Source of the DNA: a virus
Reading direction: 5' to 3' (one strand)
DNA length: 64,000 nt
IMG/VR virus record: IMGVR_UViG_3300043419_002586
Shown here: positions 31,601 through 42,252 of the stretch, in pieces
How the letters are laid out: the number at the start of each line of letters is the position of its first letter
How positions within the stretch are numbered: the first letter of the stretch is position 1
The notes under the pieces: model-generated
What the model was told of the DNA's origin: nothing
What the model saw: the letters and a program-made list of their open reading frames with translations, nothing else
The model's database searches: none
Made by a program: the position numbers and the translations under genes

Positions 31601-33073
31601 ATGAGAAAAGATATTAATGCAAGTTCTTCTCCAGCAGATATGAATGCTCTTGCTTTTGATCAAACCGTTATAGCTCCAAGCATAGGAAGTTCAGAAGCTT
31701 TTCCAAGTCAATATCTATATAAAGAAGCTTACAATAATTTCAGCTCTCATTTGTACGCTCCAGCATTTGAAACTGGATATTATGATATTTTTGCACTATC
31801 AAGAGAATATTCTGAAGATCCAGATTTTAATTTATCATTCAATAATATAAATACAAATTATCTGTTTTCTATAGATAATTTTAATATTCAAGGCGCTCAA
31901 GAATCTGATGCTGGACAAAGATACGCTGGAGAGGGATCAAATCCCAATACCTTTCAATTAGGTCCAAAAGAATACAATGTCAGCTTTACTTATCCATTCA
32001 AAGTAGACAGTTGGGGTTACTTAGATTTTTCTCTTGCTGCTTTCTTTGATTATTGCATTCAAGCATTTAAGGGATCACCAACATCATTTATAGGAAGATT
32101 TACTACTGATAATGCATCAACCATAACTGCTGGAACTACACAACTTTACATAGATAATATTTCGGAATTTATGGGATTATCTTTACCATTCAATGCAAAA
32201 ATTAAATCTGATATTAATACGAATTATGATTTAGTAGAAGTTACTGCAATTGATAAAGCTAATAGATTGCTTACCATTGCTGCAGGAGTAAATGTTGCTT
32301 TCAGTAGAGATACTTCTTTTATATCAGCATATCCTCAATCTGCAGGAAGAGAAGCTTCTTTCTCATTATTCACTTTGAAACAGGGCTTGCTGAGTGGCTG
32401 TTTAGTAGAAAAGTTTGCAATAAATTTTAAACCTGGAGAACAAATAACAGCTTATATTGATTTGAAAGTTCTGAATGTAGACAGAACTTATCAAGTGCAA
32501 ATGTATAACAATTTTACATCAATTATTGAAAATTACTTTAAGAAAAAACCTAGTTACATTCTTAACGGTTTTAATGTTAGAGTGTATAAAAGTGCACCAG
32601 AGTATGGTCTATTTGGTCTTGGCACTTTAATAGATTCCAAATTATTTAGAGGATTTCAACAATCACAATTAGACAGCATTTATGTTACAGAAATGGACAT
32701 AAGTATTGAAAATAACTTAAAACCTGTGTTTACCCTAAATTCAAAATCAAGTGATTCTAAACAAAATTTCTTTAAAAATTCTTTACCATATGGATATTAC
32801 TCAGAAGGACGTAAAATTTCTGGATCTATTACATACACTGGTCCTATAAAACCTTGGGCAATGGTTGAATTTTTATCTGGACCTAGCAGCATAAATAATG
32901 ACGGTATAACTTTTGATATGGGTCCAATCAAATTAGAATTGCCTGAATTGGTTTGGTCAACTGTTTCTCAAGAACATTCTAGAATTGAATATCAAAAGAA
33001 TAAAGTAAACTTTACAGTGGCAACACAAAACTATACTTTTGACCCAGTACTAAAATCAACAGGAAGTTATTAA
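31601..33073 (+). CDS. Putative tail tube protein
   Basis: GCLVEKFAINFKPGEQITAYIDL and MDISIENNLKPVFTL...GRKISGSITY resemble non-contractile tail tube proteins. Confidence 0.55.
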   Translation: MRKDINASSSPADMNALAFDQTVIAPSIGSSEAFPSQYLYKEAYNNFSSHLYAPAFETGYYDIFALSREYSEDPDFNLSFNNINTNYLFSIDNFNIQGAQESDAGQRYAGEGSNPNTFQLGPKEYNVSFTYPFKVDSWGYLDFSLAAFFDYCIQAFKGSPTSFIGRFTTDNASTITAGTTQLYIDNISEFMGLSLPFNAKIKSDINTNYDLVEVTAIDKANRLLTIAAGVNVAFSRDTSFISAYPQSAGREASFSLFTLKQGLLSGCLVEKFAINFKPGEQITAYIDLKVLNVDRTYQVQMYNNFTSIIENYFKKKPSYILNGFNVRVYKSAPEYGLFGLGTLIDSKLFRGFQQSQLDSIYVTEMDISIENNLKPVFTLNSKSSDSKQNFFKNSLPYGYYSEGRKISGSITYTGPIKPWAMVEFLSGPSSINNDGITFDMGPIKLELPELVWSTVSQEHSRIEYQKNKVNFTVATQNYTFDPVLKSTGSY

Positions 33074-33459
33074 TGAGTATTTTTGTAGATGCTGGAAAGA
33101 GATTTGAATTAAAGATAAATTGCAATATCATCAAAAATGATAATGGCGAAATACTTTGTTACAAAATAGATCCTAATGGCAAATGTGAAATTTCTTGTGA
33201 TGTCAAAGGAAGAAACTTCTCAGATATGTCAAATATTATAGAAGAAGCAACTATTATTAATTCAGTTACTGGAAATCCTCTCCTAAGAACGTCTGTACTT
33301 TGCAAGAGTATCATAACAAGTTTTTTTTCTGTAATCAAAATTAGAGAGGAAGATAATGAAGAAACGTATTATCCAGATCCTCATAATGTTAATATGATTA
33401 GATATGAATTAGTTAAAGCTTTGTCAAAAAAATGGTTAGAAATGACGGGCGGAAAATAA
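33073..33459 (+). CDS. Hypothetical protein, possible tail assembly chaperone
   Basis: 128 aa directly after the tube-like gene. Confidence 0.4.
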   Translation: MSIFVDAGKRFELKINCNIIKNDNGEILCYKIDPNGKCEISCDVKGRNFSDMSNIIEEATIINSVTGNPLLRTSVLCKSIITSFFSVIKIREEDNEETYYPDPHNVNMIRYELVKALSKKWLEMTGGK

Positions 33460-34701
33460 ATGCCAGATATCGTAAACAATGTCATAAATGGAATATATCC
33501 AGCATCAGGACACAATATTTTTGTGTGTGAACTTGCTCCATTTAATGAAACAGGTTTATATACACAGCAATTGAAATCGTTTGGTGGTTTTAGAATTGCA
33601 AAAAACACAACTGGATCAAGATCACACCTATGGGATTTATATCTATTAAGCGCAAATATGACCAATCGTGCATCTTTAGGATATTATTTCACTAAAAGGT
33701 TTTCTTCAGACTATAAGCCATTATATTGTTCAAGTTTTACTGATAATGCAGGAGATAATGTTTATCAACCTGTTCAAAACTTTTCAGGACTTTCGGTATT
33801 AAATCATCCTACATTTACAAATTATCAATATTCTGGAAATTTTTCTTTTAATCCAATACTTTCAACAAATATAAATCAACAATACTCAGCAGAAATTATA
33901 ATGTACAGAGCGTCATTCATACCTCTCTATCCTTTAATTTTTTGTTCCAGTATCCCAACTCATAAATCTTTTGGACCCGCATTTGTCAGCAACTTTCAAA
34001 TTAGTGTCGATGGTACTAATCAATTAGGAGATGTTGAAATAAATTGCTCTTTAGTTGGAGGAAGATCTGTCATTTCTCCAGATAATGTAACTATATATAG
34101 ACCATTTTTAAATAATAATTATATTCAAATGAAGTCTTTGAATGAGTCAGATAATCAATCTATAACAATAGAATCGAATAATTTTCAAGACAAATATAGA
34201 GCTATAAATCTTTCTGACTGTGCATTTTATCCTGGATTGTTCACTGGAAACAATGCATTTAGAAATTTTGCAAAAGCAGTGCAAAGTTCCTACAGTTCAA
34301 ATAATATGCCAATTCACAAAATTGTAAGTATGTCTTTATCAGTCCAACAATCTGTAGACTTTACATATACATACCCTGGTTATTCTTATGGAAATAACTT
34401 ATATGAGTTTTTCGATATTGCTGGACCTAGATTTGCAGCATTAAGCAATAGAAGAGTAACAGGATCATTAAAATTATTTAGTCCACAAAATTATAGTTTC
34501 ATTCAAACAAATGCATCAGCTTTGACATTATATTTTGGAAGTGTGTTTTTTTACAGTATGAAAAATGTAGATTGGCAACAACCCACTATCACTATAAGTC
34601 CTGGAAATGGATTTTTTATTGAATATAATTTCACTGCTAGATTAACTGAATTTACTGCTTTTAATGGCTTGAACAATACAAGAGTTTCGGAATTTTTATG
34701 A
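33460..34701 (+). CDS. Second tail-tube-like protein
   Basis: AFVSNFQISVDG...VEINCSL and MSLSVQQSV...RRVTGSLKLF parallel the motifs of 31601..33073. Confidence 0.4.
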   Translation: MPDIVNNVINGIYPASGHNIFVCELAPFNETGLYTQQLKSFGGFRIAKNTTGSRSHLWDLYLLSANMTNRASLGYYFTKRFSSDYKPLYCSSFTDNAGDNVYQPVQNFSGLSVLNHPTFTNYQYSGNFSFNPILSTNINQQYSAEIIMYRASFIPLYPLIFCSSIPTHKSFGPAFVSNFQISVDGTNQLGDVEINCSLVGGRSVISPDNVTIYRPFLNNNYIQMKSLNESDNQSITIESNNFQDKYRAINLSDCAFYPGLFTGNNAFRNFAKAVQSSYSSNNMPIHKIVSMSLSVQQSVDFTYTYPGYSYGNNLYEFFDIAGPRFAALSNRRVTGSLKLFSPQNYSFIQTNASALTLYFGSVFFYSMKNVDWQQPTITISPGNGFFIEYNFTARLTEFTAFNGLNNTRVSEFL

Positions 34702-35285
34702 TGCAAGAATTTATTGAATTTTACGAAAGAAACAAATCTAACAAAGTACATATTATCGATATTGACAGTGTGAAGTTTATTGTGCGAGAAATTACTTGGA
34801 AAGAGGGGCTTTTGATCGATGCTAAATCATTTAGAAAGAAAGATAATATTGTTTATCAAAATTCTGAATTTGAAAAAAGAGAAATCTTAAGTTTAGCTAT
34901 ATTAAGAGCATATGACTCATCCACAAATACAGATTATATGCCTAAATTTGAAATTTCATTATTGGAAAAGTTAGACTATACAATAATAGAAAAGTTGTGG
35001 GTTGAATATCAAAATTATCTCTATCTAAATGCTGATGAAGCTAATTTTTATTATATTGCTACAAAAAAATATTACAATCCAAACGATACAGAAACTTATC
35101 CCGTGCCACCTCTAATTGTTGAAATTGATTATATGACACGAGGATTAGTTTCTATGAGCAAAGAAGAATTTTCAAATTTGAGTATGAAAGAGTTTGAAAC
35201 AATACAATTAATTTTAGCTACTAAGAATGAGGCTAAACCTGAATCTGCAGCTGATTTAGATATTGATTTAGAGAGAGAATTTTAA
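34698..35285 (+). CDS. Putative tail assembly chaperone
   Basis: FIVREITWKEG...LEKLDYTIIEKLW chaperone-like pattern; follows the tube-like gene. Confidence 0.45.
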   Translation: MMQEFIEFYERNKSNKVHIIDIDSVKFIVREITWKEGLLIDAKSFRKKDNIVYQNSEFEKREILSLAILRAYDSSTNTDYMPKFEISLLEKLDYTIIEKLWVEYQNYLYLNADEANFYYIATKKYYNPNDTETYPVPPLIVEIDYMTRGLVSMSKEEFSNLSMKEFETIQLILATKNEAKPESAADLDIDLEREF

Positions 35286-36068
35286 GGTTTCTGATTCTTT
35301 CTTTATAAAATGATGAGCTAATTCAGTTCTATCCCATTGATGAAAAATACAATATGGTTCACCCTCTTTATTAGTAACATACTTTCCATCAAAATAAACT
35401 TCAACATTATCTCTCTTTATAGCTTCGCCTGTGCAAGCAAAAGTATCTTTGTATGGATGACAAAGCATATTTTTCGGATTCTGCTTAAGAAATTGACTTA
35501 AGTATCCTAAAAACTGCTGATCCACAATGTTGAATTGAGTCAATCTGTTTGTATTCGAATACATCATTAAACAATGATTTATTACGTGTTCTATCTTTCC
35601 ACCAAATATTCCACCATTAATTACAAACTCATCTTCATATGGTGTGTTGTGAAATCTTAAAACTTTTCTTAGAGATTGTGACCACCAAAGATTACACTCG
35701 TTTTCTATTATTTTCATACCCTCAAGCGAATAAAACATATTGATTTCAGGATTTGATTCAAAGAAGACAAATGGATCTTTCTGAATTACAACATCACGCA
35801 GATCAGAATGCATAACATATTTGTAACTATCTATGTTTTCATTTAGCCATTTATATAAAATATAATAACCAGTCAACATACTTTCATTATGAGGAATTAT
35901 TTTATCAAAGTATCTGGACAACTTCTTTATATTATATTGGCTCACGCTATTTACAAAAATAACTTTTTCAAATGAATCAAATTTTGCAAGTGAATTTAAG
36001 AAAATATCTCCTTCAATAGAATCAATGCATTTATCTCCAATTGATATATTAACTAATAAATTTTTCAT
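35268..36068 (-). CDS. Glycosyltransferase-like (GT-A) protein
   Basis: YVMHSDLRDVVIQKDPF (DxxD), INGGIFGG, DQ and HQWDR motifs. Confidence 0.7.
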   Translation of the reverse strand: MKNLLVNISIGDKCIDSIEGDIFLNSLAKFDSFEKVIFVNSVSQYNIKKLSRYFDKIIPHNESMLTGYYILYKWLNENIDSYKYVMHSDLRDVVIQKDPFVFFESNPEINMFYSLEGMKIIENECNLWWSQSLRKVLRFHNTPYEDEFVINGGIFGGKIEHVINHCLMMYSNTNRLTQFNIVDQQFLGYLSQFLKQNPKNMLCHPYKDTFACTGEAIKRDNVEVYFDGKYVTNKEGEPYCIFHQWDRTELAHHFIKKESETLKFSL

Positions 36069-36855
36069 TATTTTTATTCCTTAATTTTTTGTACGTTTCT
36101 GTTATACCAATTTGTAATCCTGATAAATTTACATCTATTGAATCTAAATTGTAATCACCAATATAACTCTGCCCAATCCCTTGAGTTTGTAATTCAACTT
36201 TCACACTATAGTCATTTAATTCATTTATCATACAAGCAATATCATTAAGTTTGAACTTTTCTTTATATGTAAAATTTATTGATTTTGGACAATTTTCATT
36301 ATCAATATAAAAATTAATAATATTTAAAAAATCATTCATATAAAAAAAATCCATGTACTTGTCTTGGTGAATTACAATCTTAGAATTTTCGATATATCTT
36401 AAAATATTTGATTTTATAAATCTAGAATCTAACTCGTCATAATTAAAAAGAGCAAAAATATTAAGATTATAAAAATTTTCTGTATGCAAAATTGAATTTG
36501 CAATAATTTGTTTACTCAAACCGTAAGGTTTATCATTCGAGTAAAATTGAGCACCAGAACCAAAAGTAATAAGTTTTCTGAAGTGTTTATTTTTAAGTTG
36601 ATGTAAGTTATAATACATTTTCAAATTATTGTCCATTTCATTATAACTATCAACTCTTAGCCTACTTCCTCCAACCACAGCACAATGAATTATAATATCA
36701 AAGAACTTGTTCTCAAAATAAGCATTTACTTCAGAAGAAACTGATAAATCAAAATTTTGTCTTGTAACTAATGTAACATTATGTAAATGTTTTAAAAAAT
36801 TATAAATATTTCGAGCTACAAATCCATTACCGCCAGTTATTAATATAGATTTCAT
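36049..36855 (-). CDS. NAD-dependent epimerase/dehydratase/reductase (extended SDR)
   Basis: ILITGGNGFVA, IIHCA, GSGA, YGLSK. Confidence 0.85.
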   Translation of the reverse strand: MKSILITGGNGFVARNIYNFLKHLHNVTLVTRQNFDLSVSSEVNAYFENKFFDIIIHCAVVGGSRLRVDSYNEMDNNLKMYYNLHQLKNKHFRKLITFGSGAQFYSNDKPYGLSKQIIANSILHTENFYNLNIFALFNYDELDSRFIKSNILRYIENSKIVIHQDKYMDFFYMNDFLNIINFYIDNENCPKSINFTYKEKFKLNDIACMINELNDYSVKVELQTQGIGQSYIGDYNLDSIDVNLSGLQIGITETYKKLRNKNNEKFIS

Positions 36856-36867
36856 AATAATTTTATC

Positions 36868-37809
36868 TCAATAATCCAAATCTATAAGTTTCTTCATACC
36901 AAGATGAGTTTCTGGAATGTCACTTGATACAAGTGTTGCCGTTATATTAGTTTTTTGCTTGACATATTCTAAAATAACTGGAATTTTTTTTGCAATTCCT
37001 CCAGATAAGTATATTTTATCTATTTCAGAAAAATCTATCTCACAAATATATTGATCAATGTAAGCCTTAAGTAATGAACTTAAAAAGTTTATTTTTGTAA
37101 GGTTAAATTCATTGATATTTTTTATAAAACCAAAATTATCAAAGTTTCTTGATTGCTCAAAAATATTTATATTAAAAATTAAAGATGAGTTGTTAATATC
37201 TTGCAATGAAACTGATTGTAACTCTTTGAAAAAATCTTTACCAAAACACTTAAAAAATCTTTCAAAAGCTAAAAACATTCTGCCACTTGGGAAAAATGAA
37301 ATAATTTTATTTTTATAAATTATTTGTGATCCAGTTCCAAGATTTATGAGAATTGATTTTTCATCTAATTCAACTGATCTTTTTACGCAATCAGTATCTC
37401 CTAAACAACTTAAAAATACTTTATTATAAAAAACTCCCAATTTTTTTAAATTAAATATATTGCTTTTTGAATCATGATCATTGTGCAAATGATAATTTTT
37501 TTGTTCTTTGAATAAACACCCTACTACACTCTCTTTCTTGTAATCAGAATTTGGGTTTAGTGCTTTCCAACTTACATACTCATTGTTTTCAAATGATCCA
37601 TTCTTGATTGAACAAGAAACTACCACATCATAATAATTATAAGAATTCATAATTTCAATCAAGCAAGTTTCAATTTCAGTGCAAGTTATTTTATTTTTTT
37701 CGCTCAATGGAGAATTATATTCTTTATAATCGGTAAAGACATTTAGTTCTTTATTGTAAATACTAGATTTTATAAAGGATGCTCCAAAGTCAATAAGTAA
37801 AAATTTCAA
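36868..37809 (-). CDS. ASKHA/FGGY-like carbohydrate kinase (sedoheptulokinase-like, shortened)
   Basis: LLIDFGASFIK, LGDTDC, INLGTGSQ, YLSGG. Confidence 0.65.
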   Translation of the reverse strand: MKFLLIDFGASFIKSSIYNKELNVFTDYKEYNSPLSEKNKITCTEIETCLIEIMNSYNYYDVVVSCSIKNGSFENNEYVSWKALNPNSDYKKESVVGCLFKEQKNYHLHNDHDSKSNIFNLKKLGVFYNKVFLSCLGDTDCVKRSVELDEKSILINLGTGSQIIYKNKIISFFPSGRMFLAFERFFKCFGKDFFKELQSVSLQDINNSSLIFNINIFEQSRNFDNFGFIKNINEFNLTKINFLSSLLKAYIDQYICEIDFSEIDKIYLSGGIAKKIPVILEYVKQKTNITATLVSSDIPETHLGMKKLIDLDY

Positions 37810-38809
37810 TTACTCTTTCCTCTAGTTTTTCATCAATGTCTGTTGGTAAAAATAATGATATACCTGGCTTTGGACTATTAACAAAGTAAATTTTGTTATT
37901 GAAAACTTTTTTATCTGATACTATTCTATTGTAAATTTCCAATGGATTTAGATTTACAATTTTATCAATATCAACATTTTTCTTAACTATCTTGTCAATC
38001 TTTTGGTTATTATCAAATAGTCTGTTTATAATATAAATTCCTAATAAAACAGCTTCTCCGTGTAAAATCTCATAATTTGTCATTGATTCTATAATGTGAC
38101 CAAAAGTATGCCCGTAATTTAGTACTTTTCTAATATTTTGCTCAAATTCGTCAACTTCGATAATACTTTTTTTAATAATCAAGGAACTTTTGATTTTATC
38201 TTTCAAGGAAAAATTTTCAAAATTATCTACAAAAAAATCTCCACCAGTTATAAATAACTTTATAACTTCTCCAAATCCAGAATAAAGTTCTTTTTCAGGT
38301 AAAGATTGTAAAAAATTTGTGTCTATAACTACTTTTTTAGGAGATGAAAAAAGAGCAATTTGATTCTTAAAATCCCCATAATTTAACGCTGTTTTTCCTC
38401 CAATACAACTATCACATTGAGACAACATTGTAGTTGGATAATAAACCCAGTCAATGCCTCTCTTGTAAATTTTTGCAGTAAACGCACAAAGATCTTGAAT
38501 TACACCACCACCAATAACGTGCAAGATGTCTGATTTTGAGAATTTTCTATTCAACAAAAAGTCACAAATTTCCAAACTTTTGTATGGCGTTTTTATATCT
38601 TCTGTGGGATCTATCAAAAACATATTTGAACTTGTTATGCCATAGATGTCTGAAATATTTTTATCAATAATCAAAAAATCATTTCTATTGATTTTTGGCA
38701 TTTTGTCAAAAGTCACATCATAAGGACTAGGATGAGATTGAATCCAAAAATTATCATCTATTTCACTATTGACATTAAAAGAAAGATTATCTACAAAAAA
38801 ATTATGCAT
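37790..38809 (-). CDS. 3-dehydroquinate synthase / sugar-phosphate cyclase family protein
   Basis: IGGGVIQD, PTTMLSQCDSCIGGKTALN, KNQI, GEVIK, LNYGHTFGH, HGEAV (metal ligands retained). Confidence 0.85.
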   Translation of the reverse strand: MHNFFVDNLSFNVNSEIDDNFWIQSHPSPYDVTFDKMPKINRNDFLIIDKNISDIYGITSSNMFLIDPTEDIKTPYKSLEICDFLLNRKFSKSDILHVIGGGVIQDLCAFTAKIYKRGIDWVYYPTTMLSQCDSCIGGKTALNYGDFKNQIALFSSPKKVVIDTNFLQSLPEKELYSGFGEVIKLFITGGDFFVDNFENFSLKDKIKSSLIIKKSIIEVDEFEQNIRKVLNYGHTFGHIIESMTNYEILHGEAVLLGIYIINRLFDNNQKIDKIVKKNVDIDKIVNLNPLEIYNRIVSDKKVFNNKIYFVNSPKPGISLFLPTDIDEKLEERVIEIFTY

Positions 38810-39429
38810 TATGGTAACAAGCAGCTATATCCACCATCAATTATTAAATTTTGTCCAGTTATAGCATTATTAGATTTAATAAGGTACAAGCACATTTTAG
38901 CAATTTCATCAACGTCTGTCAATCCTAGTGGAATTATGTTTTCTAGTTCTTGAATTCTTTTTTTGGAATTATTTTTTCTTGTCAATTTAGTGTCAACAAA
39001 TCCAGGAGAAATCATATTTACTTTAATTTTTTTTGGTGATAATTCAAGAGCTAACGTTTTAACAGACGCAATTAAAGCGTGTTTCGAAAAAGCATACATA
39101 ATCCTTTCTGGCTTCACTAATGTAGCGTAAAGTGAACCTATTGCAATTATATTTGAATTATTGTTAAATTGAATTTTATTGCAAAGTTTAATAAAACTTA
39201 TGGTGTTGATTTGTAATAGTTCATCAAATTTTTTATAATCTATATCATTAAAATTACAAATATCATTAATGCCAGCACAATGTATAAATCCATCAACATC
39301 ATTTATTGTTAAGTCAAATTCATTAGAAAGATCTAACTTTAATTTGATTACTTCTATATCATTGCTTTCTAAAAGATCGCATATTTTTCGTCCAATTCCC
39401 CCAGTTGATCCTGTAATAACTACTTTCAT
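38809..39429 (-). CDS. Classical SDR oxidoreductase
   Basis: VITGSTGGIG, HCAG, YAFSK, VNMISPGFVDT, TGQNLIIDGG. Confidence 0.9.
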   Translation of the reverse strand: MKVVITGSTGGIGRKICDLLESNDIEVIKLKLDLSNEFDLTINDVDGFIHCAGINDICNFNDIDYKKFDELLQINTISFIKLCNKIQFNNNSNIIAIGSLYATLVKPERIMYAFSKHALIASVKTLALELSPKKIKVNMISPGFVDTKLTRKNNSKKRIQELENIIPLGLTDVDEIAKMCLYLIKSNNAITGQNLIIDGGYSCLLP

Positions 39430-41180
39430 TAAAATCCTTCTGTAACAGCCATGTCAGTTAATGATCCAGGAATAATTTTTCCTTGATCATCAATTCCCTT
39501 TGCAATAACTTTGGGTTCGTGTTTTTCATTCGGATGACAAAAAAGCTCAACAATACAAAGTTCTTTTAAGCATATTATTTCTTCTAGTTTTTTATTTATT
39601 TCTTTATTATTTTTGATTGAAAAATATCTAATATTGAATGATTCAGCAATTTTTTCAAAGTTAGGTAAAGTCACACCACTTTCACTACCAGAAGCAAACA
39701 TTTCTCCATTAAAAAATGATTCTTGAGTCATCTTAATCGATAAATATCCGTCATTGTTTATGATAAAAATTACAATTGGAAGGTTGTGATGTTTTGCAGT
39801 TTGAAGCTCCTGTAAATTCATCATTATACTTCCATCACCCTCGAAACAAATGACTTGTTTTTTACTACCAATACACGCCCCAATTGAAGCAGGTAATCCA
39901 TAACCCATACTTGCGCACCCAACATTTGTAAACATTCTTTGATTGTTGTTTAATCTATACATCTGCATCAATACAACATGAGCAGTTCCATTTGATGTTA
40001 CAATTGTTTGATCTCTCAAATGAGACTTAAGCATATAAGTAAAATAATACATACTCATAAAGTTATTCATATTTTCATGCTTTGGATAGTAAAAAATTTG
40101 AGATAATCTTTTTGAAACAATATGTTCTTGCCAATCAGAAATAGATAATTTTTTGTTGTACTCATCCAAAGATAAAATAAAATCTTTAATGTCATTATTT
40201 ATTTTTAAGTTAACAAAAAAATTATGTTTATTTATTTCATTTTCATCAATATCAATAATAATTTTTTTCGATTCTGGTGAAAATCTCATTACATCGTAAC
40301 CAGTCATTTTCACGGGACATCTTGAGCCAATAATTATTATCAAATCAGCTTCTTGAACTATTTGATTTGAAGTAATTTGTCCTAAAATACCTATTCTTCC
40401 AGCATAATATTTGTAATCATTGTCAATTACATCAACTCCTGAGTGTGGACCAGTCACTACAGGAATTTCAATTTTCTTTACCCATTCGTTAAAAATGTTA
40501 TATGAATTTGACAGCCTAATTCCATTTCCAGCTATTATAAGTGGTTTCTTAGACTGCTCAAGCAATTTGATGAAATTAAATATTTTATTTTTATCATTTT
40601 CTTTATTCGAAATTATCTCATCACTTATTTGATTTTCTTTGCTTGGTTTCTTTTCATCAATAAAAGAAGCTTGGATGTCCAAAGGGATATCAACCCAAAC
40701 AGGACCAGGTCTGCCAGAAATTGCAATATTGTAAGCTTTTTCTAATTCAAATACAATATTTTCTGCCTTAGTGATAGTTACAGAATATTTAGTGCAATTC
40801 TTTATAGTTTGAACAATATCAAATTCTTGATCTCCAATTTGTCTACATCCAGTTCCACGAGACAATTGGTTGCTTGGAACTTGACCAGATATAATTATCC
40901 CAGGAATACTATCAAGCCATAAACCTAATAATCCAGTTATAGTATTTGTTCCACCGGGCCCAGTAGTAACAATGTTAAGTGATAAATTTCCAGTTTCTCT
41001 CGTGTAACCTTCACTTGCCATCAATGCAGCTTGTTCATGGTGCACACAATAAGTCTTTATTTGACTAGATTTTCTCAAGGAGTCTATTAAGTGAATACAT
41101 CCTCCGCCAGAAACCGTAAATGCCGTATTTATATTTTTGTTTTCAAAAAAACTAATTACATAATCCGAAACTTTTATCAT
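39429..41180 (-). CDS. Thiamine-diphosphate-dependent enzyme (acetolactate synthase/YerE-like)
   Basis: HHEQAA, TTGPGGTN, GRPGPVWVDIPLD, SMGYGLP, GDGS...NNDGY ThDP motif. Confidence 0.9.
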   Translation of the reverse strand: MIKVSDYVISFFENKNINTAFTVSGGGCIHLIDSLRKSSQIKTYCVHHEQAALMASEGYTRETGNLSLNIVTTGPGGTNTITGLLGLWLDSIPGIIISGQVPSNQLSRGTGCRQIGDQEFDIVQTIKNCTKYSVTITKAENIVFELEKAYNIAISGRPGPVWVDIPLDIQASFIDEKKPSKENQISDEIISNKENDKNKIFNFIKLLEQSKKPLIIAGNGIRLSNSYNIFNEWVKKIEIPVVTGPHSGVDVIDNDYKYYAGRIGILGQITSNQIVQEADLIIIIGSRCPVKMTGYDVMRFSPESKKIIIDIDENEINKHNFFVNLKINNDIKDFILSLDEYNKKLSISDWQEHIVSKRLSQIFYYPKHENMNNFMSMYYFTYMLKSHLRDQTIVTSNGTAHVVLMQMYRLNNNQRMFTNVGCASMGYGLPASIGACIGSKKQVICFEGDGSIMMNLQELQTAKHHNLPIVIFIINNDGYLSIKMTQESFFNGEMFASGSESGVTLPNFEKIAESFNIRYFSIKNNKEINKKLEEIICLKELCIVELFCHPNEKHEPKVIAKGIDDQGKIIPGSLTDMAVTEGF

Positions 41181-42250
41181 TGAATGTCTCTCGATGTTAA
41201 AGGAGAATTTTTTTTCAAACTTTTATTCAAAATATAATAACTGTTACTAAACTCTCTTGATGTAATTTGATTAATTTCTTTCAAATAAGGAATTGCAGGA
41301 TAAACATCATCTATTGTAATTTTATGACCTTCAGGAAGATCTTTATTCAAATATAGGCCTCTATATAATGAAAAAAGATACTTCGCTTCATCATCATCAA
41401 TAATTCTACGTTTATTTTCAAAACCACCACACATCAACTCTGCTCTAAGGAAAGCTTTAAACCAGATGTCAATTTGATCAGGTAATGAACAATATTTACT
41501 TACACTTTTTTGCTCATGACCATCGGGATATGGAATGTCAATGTGACGTTCCCAAGTTCTTGCACCTTTAGCATAAGAAATGTGCATTGATGCTTCCCAA
41601 TCATGATATTCATGAGTTGAAAATCCAATTATATTTCTAGGATATTTATTTCTTAAGTAGTCAATTTGATTTAATTCTAAATCAAAATCTTCTGTAGGAT
41701 ATTTTGATACACAATGATTTATAGCTAGAGGAATATTTCTATTTTTGAAAAATCTAACAACATCATCAATCTGTTTTTCATTTGCACCGCCCGTAGATAT
41801 AATTACTGGCTTTTCTGTTTGTGCTATTTTATTCAATAAAATCCAATCATTAATATCTGAACTTGCAACTTTGATTATTTCAATGCCTAATTGTACGCAC
41901 CAATCAACTGATTTTTCATCAAATGGAGTTGCCATAGGAATGCAACCTAAATTTTTTATGTAACCTACCATCACCCTTAGATCTTCATATGAAAGTTTTG
42001 TTCTTAAGGTTTTTTGGATATATCTATCCTTTTTTTCTAATGATGATAAATCTTCATTTTGTCGATTGATAAATGAATCAGGATGAATGAAACTGTCAAC
42101 ATCTCTAAATTGTAATTTTATAGCTGCTCTTACTTTATTTTTGACAACGACAAAGGCAAAGTCTTTGATAATTTGCTTGCCTCTTTCAAGGCTTCCCCAA
42201 TGATTATTAGCAAGCTCCAAAACAAATAAATTATTAAAAATTTCGTTCAT
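41177..42250 (-). CDS. N-acetylneuraminate synthase (NeuB/SpsE) family PEP-dependent synthase with SAF domain
   Basis: ELANNHWG, KLQ, TPFD, KVAS, STGG, HCVSKYP, GFSTHE, ERH. Confidence 0.85.
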   Translation of the reverse strand: MNEIFNNLFVLELANNHWGSLERGKQIIKDFAFVVVKNKVRAAIKLQFRDVDSFIHPDSFINRQNEDLSSLEKKDRYIQKTLRTKLSYEDLRVMVGYIKNLGCIPMATPFDEKSVDWCVQLGIEIIKVASSDINDWILLNKIAQTEKPVIISTGGANEKQIDDVVRFFKNRNIPLAINHCVSKYPTEDFDLELNQIDYLRNKYPRNIIGFSTHEYHDWEASMHISYAKGARTWERHIDIPYPDGHEQKSVSKYCSLPDQIDIWFKAFLRAELMCGGFENKRRIIDDDEAKYLFSLYRGLYLNKDLPEGHKITIDDVYPAIPYLKEINQITSREFSNSYYILNKSLKKNSPLTSRDIQ

Positions 42251-42252
42251 AA

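Noticed and set aside
33073-34701. TAA directly followed by in-frame ATG; possible chaperone readthrough or frameshift
   Set aside because: No clear XXXYYYZ slippery site, TAA is a strong stop, and the downstream gene has its own start
35268-35285. 18-bp overlap of convergent genes without a terminator
   Set aside because: Common in compact phage genomes; it only marks the edge of the sugar cassette
36049-37809. Kinase TGA is in frame with the downstream epimerase (12-nt gap)
   Set aside because: The downstream gene has its own ATG at the normal start of the Rossmann fold; an in-frame arrangement is expected by chance one time in three
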